In this document: positions 50,315-58,967 of the stretch, piece by piece | How the letters are laid out: each line of letters opens with the position of its first letter | Position numbering within the stretch: the stretch's first letter is position 1 | DNA from: Bacilli bacterium | Lineage (GTDB): Bacteria > Bacillota_I > Bacilli_A > RFN20 > CAG-826 | Assembly (NCBI GenBank): GCA_017651165.1 | Contig: JAGCDH010000021.1 | Location: 10,758-74,757, forward strand | Direction: 5' to 3' | Length of the DNA: 64,000 nt | Program-made: the position numbers and the translations under genes | Notes under the pieces: model-generated | Told to the model about the DNA's origin: nothing | The model's input: only the letters and a program-made list of their open reading frames with translations | The model's database searches: none

Positions 50315-50674
50315 AAAAACCTCCTATATCGGACATACGGTGTCCTCAAAAGGAGGTAAATAAAAGCCATCCACAGAGAAAACACCATAGATGTAGCTAA
50401 CATTTGCTATATCCCAAGCAACTTAACTACTGGTGTTACATCCTCTTTCGGATGGCCACATGCTCAGATTTAATCTGTGTGGAGCGCGAGCGAGTTTTCG
50501 TTATAAGACCGTGTCCTAAAGGTCGCCCATTATCTTATAATTACTAATCGCCTACTGGGCGATACTTTCCACATTGGTAGAAGCTAACACACCTTCTACC
50601 AGTCAATATACCCATTGGCCTCAGTTTACCTGCACATTGTTATAAGAGTGTGCCCGTGGTCTACTTATATTGAC
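50315..50674 (-). ncRNA. Approximately 360-nt ORF-free structured leader or ncRNA upstream of the RhuM-Doc gene
   Basis: GC-enriched, with many nested helices. The anti-SD ACCUCCU (50351-57) pairs perfectly with the SD AGGAGGU (50319-25). There is a duplicated UAUAAG...CUUAUAAC hairpin module and an 8-bp hairpin GGUAGAAG/CUUCUACC. Confidence 0.45.
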
Positions 50675-50680
50675 ATTATT

Positions 50681-50712
50681 ATTATAGCATATGCATATGC
50701 TAAGCAAAAGAA
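50681..50712 (-). promoter_or_regulatory. Extended -10 promoter for the structured leader
   Basis: On the minus strand, TGCTATAAT is preceded by a TTGCTT/TTTTGC -35-like sequence. Confidence 0.45.
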
Positions 50713-50730
50713 AAAGCAGCAGTGCTGCTT
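50704..50730 (-). terminator. Intrinsic terminator after the cysQ-like gene
   Basis: RNA AAGCAGC-ACU-GCUGCUU followed by UUUCUUUU. Confidence 0.7.
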
Positions 50731-50739
50731 AATCATTTA

Positions 50740-51516
50740 CTATAGTAAGAAATTCTCTATACGATTACAGATGACATATCCAATACGGTTATGAACATCC
50801 TCTCTGTTATACATGATTCTTTGACCTTTGGTATCTAAGAAGATGCCACCCGCTTGTTCCACGATAACTTGGCTTGCCGCGGTATCCCATTCTTTGGTGC
50901 CGTCACTTAATCGATATGATAATTCACCAAGACCTTGAGCAATACGGCATGGCTTTAATGCACTGCCCCACTTCTCAATCTTAGCAATTCTATCTTTATA
51001 TTTTTCATACATTTCTTCTTCGTTTGGTTTGGAATGGAAAACGCTCTTATAAACGATTAAATTGTCTAATTTATCGTTGACGTGTATGCGTTTTGTCTCG
51101 CCATTATGGCGATAGAAAGCACCCATTCCTTTAGCGGCATAATAGATTTCACCGGTAAGCGGTACGACAACAACACCAACGACCGCTTCGTGTTTATACG
51201 CTAATGCGATGTTCGTGGTGAAGCCACCATCTTTAGCCACAAAATCTTTCGTGCCATCGACTGGATCAACGATCCAAACATAATCATTATTTAGACGGGA
51301 TAAATCATCTGTACTTTCTTCAGTTAAGAAGGCATAATCTGGGAAGCATTTATGCAAGTGTTCTCTAATCGCCTTATCAGCGTTTTTATCCGCGAGAGTA
51401 ACAGGTGAATTATCATCTTTGATTTCGACATCAAAATCAGTGTTGTATATTTTTAATATACCTTCAATGGCTGCGATACCCGCTTCAATGGCGGCATTTA
51501 ATTGTTCTTCCCACAT
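50740..51516 (-). CDS. Inositol monophosphatase / CysQ-family 3'(2'),5'-bisphosphate nucleotidase-like protein
   Basis: Contains FLTEES and WIVDPVDGTKDF motifs. Start placed at the ATG at 51516 (MWEEQLN...), 1 nt after the nrnA stop. Confidence 0.7.
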   Translation of the reverse strand: MWEEQLNAAIEAGIAAIEGILKIYNTDFDVEIKDDNSPVTLADKNADKAIREHLHKCFPDYAFLTEESTDDLSRLNNDYVWIVDPVDGTKDFVAKDGGFTTNIALAYKHEAVVGVVVVPLTGEIYYAAKGMGAFYRHNGETKRIHVNDKLDNLIVYKSVFHSKPNEEEMYEKYKDRIAKIEKWGSALKPCRIAQGLGELSYRLSDGTKEWDTAASQVIVEQAGGIFLDTKGQRIMYNREDVHNRIGYVICNRIENFLL

Positions 51517-51517
51517 A

Positions 51518-52465
51518 TTAAGCACCTCTTTTAATTGTATTAGCACATAACGAGATTAATTCATTAATTATTTCTTCACTAAATGTCTTGATAGTAAATC
51601 CAGCGGCAAAGGTATGACCACCACCACCGAAGTGTACGGCGATTTCTTGGACGTTATACATGCTGCTACGCATTTCCACTTGCATACCACCATTATCTGT
51701 TTCTGAAGCAATAAACCAAATTGGATGATTAGCTACATAACTAATCAAAGAGGTATTGCTACAAATCTGGGCGGATGTGACGCCTAAGATTTCTCTATCT
51801 CTTTTGCTGGCGACGACATAGATAATGCCATCATCTCTTTTAACCACTCTTGAGTAGATAAAGGCTTTAATATCTAAAGATATTTCTGGAACCAAATTAT
51901 TTACTTTATTTAATAAGACTGGATCCACACCTAGGTCACATAAGTCTCTCACAATGGAGAACATTTTGACGAAGTTATTGGCAAATTGGAATCTACCAGT
52001 ATCTGTCATCATTCCTAGATATAATGCGCTAGCGGAAACTAAATCAATTTCAAAACTATTTTCCTTGGCAAATAAGTAAATTAATTCACAAGTAGAAGAG
52101 GCCTTATCATCAATGACTTCCGGACCTTCTTTAAATGTGAATGTATCAATATGATGATCGATCTTAGCAAAATCTAAAGCTCGATAGATTCTTTGATCTT
52201 CGCTTCTTTCTAAATCGTTGCTATCTAATAAGACGGCTAACGACTCAGTGATGGTCTCGTCTGAAACGACATCCATTGTTCCAATGATATTGAAAAACTT
52301 TGGTAATCCACTGCCAACGCAATACACGTTTTTAGATGGATATTTTGCTTTTAAGATATTTCTTAAAGCAATTTGACTTCCATAACAATCACCATCAGGA
52401 TTGCGATGACCGAATATTACTATCGAATCATATTGCTCAATCTTGGAGATGATTTTTTCAAACAT
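51518..52465 (-). CDS. nrnA: DHH/DHHA1 phosphoesterase (NrnA-type nanoRNase/pAp phosphatase)
   Basis: Contains GHRNPDGDCYGS, DHH (KIDHHI) and GGGH. Its start overlaps the rpoE stop (TAATG). Confidence 0.75.
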   Translation of the reverse strand: MFEKIISKIEQYDSIVIFGHRNPDGDCYGSQIALRNILKAKYPSKNVYCVGSGLPKFFNIIGTMDVVSDETITESLAVLLDSNDLERSEDQRIYRALDFAKIDHHIDTFTFKEGPEVIDDKASSTCELIYLFAKENSFEIDLVSASALYLGMMTDTGRFQFANNFVKMFSIVRDLCDLGVDPVLLNKVNNLVPEISLDIKAFIYSRVVKRDDGIIYVVASKRDREILGVTSAQICSNTSLISYVANHPIWFIASETDNGGMQVEMRSSMYNVQEIAVHFGGGGHTFAAGFTIKTFSEEIINELISLCANTIKRGA

Positions 52466-52866
52466 TAGAACTCGTTGTCCTCTTTTTCGTCTTCAGATTC
52501 TTCGGATTCAGAACCCAAATCATCATCTTTGTTCTTTTCCTCTTCGAAGTCGGAATTGTATTCAGCTTCTTCCTCTTCTTCTTCGCTGTCTTCGTCATAA
52601 GTTTCGACATCAGCGTAAACTTCGCTCATATCGATGTGAACTTTTTCGAATTTGTGGCGAACCCTTAAGTCCCATTCATTTTCGCCTAATGTGACGAAAC
52701 GGCCATCAAGCATTAAGTTGGTGTAGAAACGAGAAACTTTGTTGTTCGCTTCTTCTTTGCTTAAGCCGGCTTGTTCCACACAATAAGCCCAAATGTCTTC
52801 GAACTTACTTTGTTGACTTTGTCCACTGACATAGTCATAAGCATAATCTAATAATGATTTTGCCAT
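52465..52866 (-). CDS. rpoE: DNA-directed RNA polymerase delta subunit
   Basis: N-terminal HARE-HTH-like domain (FEDIWAYC...FYTNLMLDGRFV) followed by a long acidic tail. Confidence 0.8.
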   Translation of the reverse strand: MAKSLLDYAYDYVSGQSQQSKFEDIWAYCVEQAGLSKEEANNKVSRFYTNLMLDGRFVTLGENEWDLRVRHKFEKVHIDMSEVYADVETYDEDSEEEEEEAEYNSDFEEEKNKDDDLGSESEESEDEKEDNEF

Positions 52867-52878
52867 TGTTGTATCCTC

Positions 52879-54498
52879 CTACATATGTATTGGAGCGCTC
52901 ACACCAATCAGTGCGAGAGCATTTTTTAACACAATTTTACTAGCCTTTACTAACGCTAAACGTGAAGCACTTACTTCTAAGTTTTCACGATCGATTACAC
53001 GGCAATCGTTATAGAAGACGTGAACCAATTCAGCGAGGGCGTGTATATAATTTGCTACCCTATAAGGCGCTTTTTCTTTAGCGGCATCATTGACCATATT
53101 TGCGAAATCCGCAAGGTGCTTTAATAACGCCAATTCAGAAACTTCTTTTAAGTTTTTACCAGTTTCATCAATCGCAATATCCTTGCCTTGTTCTAAAACT
53201 GAGCAAAGTCTGGCATGTGCATATTGAGCATAATAGACTGGGTTATTTGAACTTTGTTCAATCGCTAAGTCCATATCGAAGTCCAAGTGTGTAGATGCTG
53301 CACGCATTGCAAAGAAATAGCGCATCGCATCAACGCCGACTTCTTCACAGACATCACGCAAGGTGATCGCGTCGCCTCTTCTCTTACTGGCTTTGAATTC
53401 TTGACCATTCTTTAAGAATCGCACCATTTGAATTAATTCAACATGTAATGCATCTTCTTTATAGCCATGCATCATCAAAGCGGATTTCATACGGTTAATA
53501 TAACCGTGATGATCAGCGCCCAAGACGTCGATTAATTGATCAAAGCCACGAGACATCTTGTTAACGTGGTAGCAAATATCAGGCATGAAATAGGTATAGT
53601 CACCATTGCCTTTTCTAATGACACGATCTTTATCATCGATAAAGGCTGTTGTTTTTAAATATAGAGCACCATCAGCTTCATAGACATAATCTTTTAAGAA
53701 ATCGATTTCTTTTTCGATGGCGTTATCTGCACGAATGGCTTTTTCTGAACTGAAGACATCGTGTCTAACACGGAATGTTGCTAAGTCAGCAATAATTCTA
53801 TCTAATTCAATCTTCATGCCTCTTTCTTTAAAGAATGACACAGGATCATCCATCTTAAGAGCAGAATCGCCAATTTCATCTTTAAGTGTCTTAGCGATAT
53901 CTATGATATCTTGACCGGCATAACCATCTTCTGGGATCTCCGCTTCTAAGCCAAAAAGTTCTTTATATCTAGCTTGAATTGATAAAGCAAGATTAGTAAT
54001 TTGACTACCAGCATCATTGATGTAGTATTCTCTAGTCACATCATAGCCAGCGAAATCTAAAATACGGCAGATGCTATCTCCGATAGCGGCGCCTCTTGCA
54101 GTACCAACGTGTAATAAACCAGTTGGGTTAGCGGAAACGAATTCCACATTAACCTTTTGATTTTTCTTTGGTGAACGGCCATAGTCATCGCCTTCATTAA
54201 TAATCTTCTTTACAAAAATTTGTAAAGAGTCATTCTTCATGAAGAAATTGATAAAGCCTGGACCAGCAATCTCCACTTTGTCGATGCCTTCCATATCAAT
54301 GTTCTCAATTATTAATGAGGCAACATCTCTTGGAGATTTAGCAAAAAGACGGCAGAACTTCATAGCGGCATTACTTGCGTAATCGCCATGCGCTGTATCT
54401 TTGCTCTTTTCGATGATGATGTCATTTAAAGAGACTTCTTGTCCTAGCTTTGCTAGAGCAGCTTGGATCTTTGTCTTAAGATTTAAACCAATATCCAT
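52879..54498 (-). CDS. argS: Arginine--tRNA ligase
   Basis: Class I HIGH-region variant (ANPTGLLHVGTARGAAIGD) and an ArgS anticodon-binding C-terminus; 539 aa. Confidence 0.85.
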   Translation of the reverse strand: MDIGLNLKTKIQAALAKLGQEVSLNDIIIEKSKDTAHGDYASNAAMKFCRLFAKSPRDVASLIIENIDMEGIDKVEIAGPGFINFFMKNDSLQIFVKKIINEGDDYGRSPKKNQKVNVEFVSANPTGLLHVGTARGAAIGDSICRILDFAGYDVTREYYINDAGSQITNLALSIQARYKELFGLEAEIPEDGYAGQDIIDIAKTLKDEIGDSALKMDDPVSFFKERGMKIELDRIIADLATFRVRHDVFSSEKAIRADNAIEKEIDFLKDYVYEADGALYLKTTAFIDDKDRVIRKGNGDYTYFMPDICYHVNKMSRGFDQLIDVLGADHHGYINRMKSALMMHGYKEDALHVELIQMVRFLKNGQEFKASKRRGDAITLRDVCEEVGVDAMRYFFAMRAASTHLDFDMDLAIEQSSNNPVYYAQYAHARLCSVLEQGKDIAIDETGKNLKEVSELALLKHLADFANMVNDAAKEKAPYRVANYIHALAELVHVFYNDCRVIDRENLEVSASRLALVKASKIVLKNALALIGVSAPIHM

Positions 54499-54974
54499 TA
54501 TTGAGCCTCCTTTAATAACACAATTGATTCCGCTTTAACGGCTTCATTTCTTCCGAGTGGACCACAGCCTTCATTAGTGCCCGCTTTAACAGAAACATTT
54601 TCAATATCTGTTTCCAATAATTTGGCAATATTGGCGCGCATCAACTCGATATAATCTTTGAGTTTTGGTTTCTCTAAAGTGATGGAAATATCGATGTTGT
54701 TAATGAAACAACCTCTGTCTTTCATCATTGTTACAACTCGTTGTACAATGATAGATGAGTCAATATCCTTATATTGATTATCGGAATCTGGGAAGTGTTT
54801 ACCTAAATCTCCTAATGCGAGAGCGCCTAAAATTGACTCCGCAACAGCGTGGTAAACAACATCACCATCACTATGAGCTTTTTCACCAAGTTCATATGGG
54901 ATGACGACACCCGCTAAGATTAAGCGACGGCCTTCAACCAGTCTATGTATATCACTAGCAAATCCAATTTTCAT
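54498..54974 (-). CDS. ispF: 2-C-methyl-D-erythritol 2,4-cyclodiphosphate synthase
   Basis: Contains DIHRL and HSDGDVVYHA motifs; 158 aa. Confidence 0.85.
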   Translation of the reverse strand: MKIGFASDIHRLVEGRRLILAGVVIPYELGEKAHSDGDVVYHAVAESILGALALGDLGKHFPDSDNQYKDIDSSIIVQRVVTMMKDRGCFINNIDISITLEKPKLKDYIELMRANIAKLLETDIENVSVKAGTNEGCGPLGRNEAVKAESIVLLKEAQ

Positions 54975-54975
54975 C

Positions 54976-56088
54976 TTACTTTTTCACATTAAAACGGAAG
55001 AACATGATGTCACCATCTTTTGGATAGTAACCTTTACCTTCAGTTCTAATCTTTCCCGCATCTTTAACTGCGTGTTCACTGCCTAATTCTTTAATAGCAT
55101 CATATGGATAAACTTCCGCACAGATAAAACCTTTTTGGAAGTCGGTATGAATCACACCCGCACATTCAGGGGCGCTCATGCCGTTTTTAAACGTCCAGGC
55201 ACGACATTCATCCGCGCCAACAGTGAAGAACGTGGATAAATTTAATAATTTATATGTAGCTTTAATGACTTTTTCTAAGCCAGATTCAGAAACATTTAGC
55301 TCAGCTAAATATTCTTTTCTTTCCTCTGGAGATAATTCTGATAGATCGCTTTCAATTTGAGCGGATACTGGAATGACTTGATTACCCTCTTTAGAAGCAT
55401 AATCTAAAACGTCTTGATAGAATTTACATCCGTTCAAATCTAATAAGTCATTCTCACCAACATTAGCCACATAGATAATTGGTTTATCAGTTAAGAGATG
55501 ATAATTGATTTTACAATAAGCGATTTGATCTTCGGTAAGCTTTGCTTTTCTTGCAGGAAGGCCTTGTTCAAGTGTTTCTTTTAATGGTTTTAATAAACCC
55601 ATTTCGTAAATAGCGTCTTTATCTTTAGCGATTCTCGCTTTGGATTCGCTCTTTTCGATGCGTTTTTCAACGGTATCTAAGTCCGCCATGACGAGTTCGA
55701 GATTTATAATCTCGATATCTCTTATAGGGTCAACAGATTCTTCAACGTGGACGATATCGGCATTTTCAAAACAGCGCACTACTTCTACGATTGCGTCACA
55801 CTCACGTATGTTAGCAAGGAACTTGTTTCCTAAGCCTTCACCATTAGAGGCGCCTTTCACTAAACCAGCGATATCTGTGAATTCAACAGTAGCTGGGATC
55901 TTTCTTTCAGGTTTAAAGATATCAGTTAAAAAATCCAATCTATCATCTGGGACGTTTACGACACCAGTGTTTGGATTAATTGTGGCGAATGGATAGTTCG
56001 CTGCTTCGACATGTGAATTTGTAATAGCGTTAAACAAAGTGGACTTTCCTACATTTGGTAAACCAACGATGCCTGCTTTTAAACCCAT
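54976..56088 (-). CDS. ychF: Ribosome-binding ATPase YchF
   Basis: P-loop GIVGLPNVGKSTLFNA plus a TGS-like C-terminus; 370 aa. Confidence 0.9.
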   Translation of the reverse strand: MGLKAGIVGLPNVGKSTLFNAITNSHVEAANYPFATINPNTGVVNVPDDRLDFLTDIFKPERKIPATVEFTDIAGLVKGASNGEGLGNKFLANIRECDAIVEVVRCFENADIVHVEESVDPIRDIEIINLELVMADLDTVEKRIEKSESKARIAKDKDAIYEMGLLKPLKETLEQGLPARKAKLTEDQIAYCKINYHLLTDKPIIYVANVGENDLLDLNGCKFYQDVLDYASKEGNQVIPVSAQIESDLSELSPEERKEYLAELNVSESGLEKVIKATYKLLNLSTFFTVGADECRAWTFKNGMSAPECAGVIHTDFQKGFICAEVYPYDAIKELGSEHAVKDAGKIRTEGKGYYPKDGDIMFFRFNVKK

Positions 56089-56165
56089 AATACTAATTTC
56101 TTCCTTAAGTGCGCTACTTATTATATAAGAAATGTTGAGGAATACAAAACAAAATAAAATTTGTT

Positions 56166-58967
56166 TTATGCTTTAAGGGCTTCAATTGGATTAATTTTAT
56201 TAATTCTTCTACTCATCAAAGCGCTAGAAAATATGGCGATGAGAACCGCTAAAACAAACATTGGTAATAACGCTAAAGGATCAAAAGAGAAAGCAAATCC
56301 AATTGATAAAGCTTGGCCTACTTCAAAATTAGCCACAACCGATATGACTATAAGTTCAAAAGAGGCTATTACAAACGAAAGAAAACACTGCATTGAAGAA
56401 TGCCAGAACAAGAACTTTCTACTCTCTTTTTTATTGACTCCTAAACACCTAGCCAAAGCGATTTCTTTTTTGCCTTCAATAACATAGAGGTAGTTACAAA
56501 TTGTGAGTAACAATATTGAAATAGTCGTTGCCACCAAAGAGAAAATTATCAAAACAACAGTGATATAAAAGCAGACAGTATCAACACTACTATTGATATC
56601 AGAAAGAGGGTTAATTATTTCAAATTGTGGAAAAGCTTTCTTGGCTAGTTCAATACTCTCTTCAATCTTATTTGGTTTATTTAAGGGAAAAGAAAGAGAA
56701 TCACATTGAAGATTAAAAGCTGAGATTCCAACTAATGATTGGTAGAAAAGAATGGTCCAATTCTTCTGGTGATATATTGCTAACTTATTTGATTTGACTA
56801 GACCCACTACTTTCAAAGGAACAAGAACATAATCTTTGATGATTTTATTACCGTTTGTTACCATCTCTTTTTTGGATGTCGCAATGTAGATTTCCTCATC
56901 AAGACTTGTGTAACCAAGCTCGCTGAATAAGGCCGTCGAAAGGACTATCTCATTAATTGAAGAAACAGGCCTTCCAGCATACAAATCTTCAGCAAAAACA
57001 GAAAACTTAACCCCGTTTTGCAGACTTTTAGCATAATCTCCACTCTTTACAGTGGATGGAAGATCTTCCTGAAAAAAGCCATTTGTGTTGTTTGTGGTTT
57101 GGTGATCGATGATATTATTTAGTTCATCTTCATTTTTAGAAAAATACATCGTTTTAGCAAAGCCCACCATTAGCGATTCTGGGTAAATAGCATACCCACC
57201 ACCATTAGCAATAATTGGCTCCTTTAAATTCGGGTCATTTTTAAGGAAATATGGTATCTGCCACAAAGGGAAATGCTTGGTCTTATTGATGAACACCAAT
57301 AGGCGATCTCTTGCACTCATTTCCTTCTCATAATATAGCCAAGGGTAATATGTCTCGTTAGCGATTTCAAACAAGTATTCATCAGATTCTTTATCGTTAT
57401 ATAATAGGTTAAGTAATTCATCTCTTTTTTCATTCGTTTTAAGATAGTATATTTTTTTCATCGTCCATGGATTATTGTCCGCAATTGATAAGGCGTCACT
57501 AGCAGGAAAACGCATTCTTTCCTCAAACATATATTCATTCCATAAGTGATTACTATGGTAGATTTTGAGGTCGCTTTCTAGAGTAAATCCAACAAGCCTT
57601 AATAGCTGTTGATCGGTATATGTCCAATCGTGATTTGCTAGATCAAAATACACATATAATTCATTCTGTTTTATGTAATTACTTAGTGTTTTAACATTTC
57701 TTTCAATTTGCAGTTCAAAGCACACATCTCTTAGTGTTTGATAATCTAACCCAAGGATTATTTCGTCCTCACTTAAAACGTCTATTTGTTCGGGATAAAT
57801 AGTAGTTTCAACATCTTCTAACCAGATGAATTCGTTTATATGACGAGCACTGAAGCCAGGAATAATGCTTTGACGGTATTCTCTTGATATAACTAATTCG
57901 TTTTTATCAGGGAAGAATTTCTCAAAATTTGCATAATATGTTACACCAACATCTTCGACGTGAAGTGGATACTTTTCTTTAATGGTTTCTACCTCATAAT
58001 AATTGGCGGCATAAGTGCCTTGATTATTATTGTTTTCTTTACTTAAAGAAACCATCATAGAGTTATCATCCACCACTTCACGATATGCATCTTTAATATT
58101 CGTAGATATCGAAGAAGAAAGGGCGAACGCTAAACCCACACCAATCAAGCCAAGAGAAGTCATAGAATAACACATTAAAGTTCTAAACTTCTTTTGTTTC
58201 ATATTGTGATAAGTATGAGAAAGAAGGAAGTTTGACGGAATTCTGATCTTTTTATTAGATAATTTGTTCTTTAAAACAGGTAAATGCTCTTCATATAGTG
58301 TTTTCTTATTAATAGTCTCTTTTACTATTTGCCCGTCTTCCATTTCCAAGACATAGTCAGCGTACTTTTTAGTTAATTCTTGGTCATGCGACACTACGAT
58401 AACTAAAGATTTCTTAGAAACGGCTTTTAAGATATTCATGATTTCTTCACCATTAGCCTCATCTAATGAGCCGGTTGGTTCATCCGCTAATACGACTTTT
58501 GGATCATTAATTAATGCTCTAGCGATAGCGACACGTTGTTTTTCCCCACCACTTAACTTATTGACGATTTGTTTTTCTTTATTTTCTAGTCCCACCAGAC
58601 GTAGAAGATCTTCACATTTTCTCGCCTTGATAGTGTTGGATAAAGAATTGAGTGTTTCCAAAGGAAAAAGGAGATTTGAAATCACCGTTTCATTCTCAAA
58701 CAGCTTAAAATCTTGGAATACAAAACCATAGTTTGTCAGCCTTAGATTACTTAATTCATCATCATTAAGTGTTTCGATGGTTTGATGATCTATTTCAATA
58801 CTACCTTCAAAAGGAATTAATCCCGCAATACAGTTCAACAATGTGGTTTTGCCTGAACCAGACGCTCCATAGATAATACACATCCCATTTCTAGGGAATT
58901 CATAATCGATATTTAAAAGCGCTACTCTGTTTTGATAGGTTTTTCTAACATTTATTAACTTAATCAT
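56166..58967 (-). CDS. Fused ABC ATPase + FtsX/MacB-type permease with a very large extracytoplasmic domain
   Basis: Walker A GASGSGKTTLLN, signature LSGGEKQRVAIARAL and Walker B LADEPTGSLD, followed by a TM, an approximately 550-aa loop and a C-terminal FtsX-like 3-TM bundle. Confidence 0.75.
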   Translation of the reverse strand: MIKLINVRKTYQNRVALLNIDYEFPRNGMCIIYGASGSGKTTLLNCIAGLIPFEGSIEIDHQTIETLNDDELSNLRLTNYGFVFQDFKLFENETVISNLLFPLETLNSLSNTIKARKCEDLLRLVGLENKEKQIVNKLSGGEKQRVAIARALINDPKVVLADEPTGSLDEANGEEIMNILKAVSKKSLVIVVSHDQELTKKYADYVLEMEDGQIVKETINKKTLYEEHLPVLKNKLSNKKIRIPSNFLLSHTYHNMKQKKFRTLMCYSMTSLGLIGVGLAFALSSSISTNIKDAYREVVDDNSMMVSLSKENNNNQGTYAANYYEVETIKEKYPLHVEDVGVTYYANFEKFFPDKNELVISREYRQSIIPGFSARHINEFIWLEDVETTIYPEQIDVLSEDEIILGLDYQTLRDVCFELQIERNVKTLSNYIKQNELYVYFDLANHDWTYTDQQLLRLVGFTLESDLKIYHSNHLWNEYMFEERMRFPASDALSIADNNPWTMKKIYYLKTNEKRDELLNLLYNDKESDEYLFEIANETYYPWLYYEKEMSARDRLLVFINKTKHFPLWQIPYFLKNDPNLKEPIIANGGGYAIYPESLMVGFAKTMYFSKNEDELNNIIDHQTTNNTNGFFQEDLPSTVKSGDYAKSLQNGVKFSVFAEDLYAGRPVSSINEIVLSTALFSELGYTSLDEEIYIATSKKEMVTNGNKIIKDYVLVPLKVVGLVKSNKLAIYHQKNWTILFYQSLVGISAFNLQCDSLSFPLNKPNKIEESIELAKKAFPQFEIINPLSDINSSVDTVCFYITVVLIIFSLVATTISILLLTICNYLYVIEGKKEIALARCLGVNKKESRKFLFWHSSMQCFLSFVIASFELIVISVVANFEVGQALSIGFAFSFDPLALLPMFVLAVLIAIFSSALMSRRINKINPIEALKA

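Noticed and set aside
50315-50700. RNase P RNA, tmRNA or SRP RNA on the minus strand. The cue was GUGGAAAGU and the high structure content.
   Set aside because: The region lacks GAGGAAAGUCC and the P4 3' strand of RNase P. It lacks the GGGG...CCACCA ends and T-arm of tmRNA. It lacks the GGAA/AGCA domain IV motifs of SRP RNA.
56161-56487. Plus-strand 108-aa ORF at the 3' end of the ABC/FtsX gene.
   Set aside because: It is antisense to the FtsX-like TM bundle, and its hydrophobic mirror composition explains the open frame.
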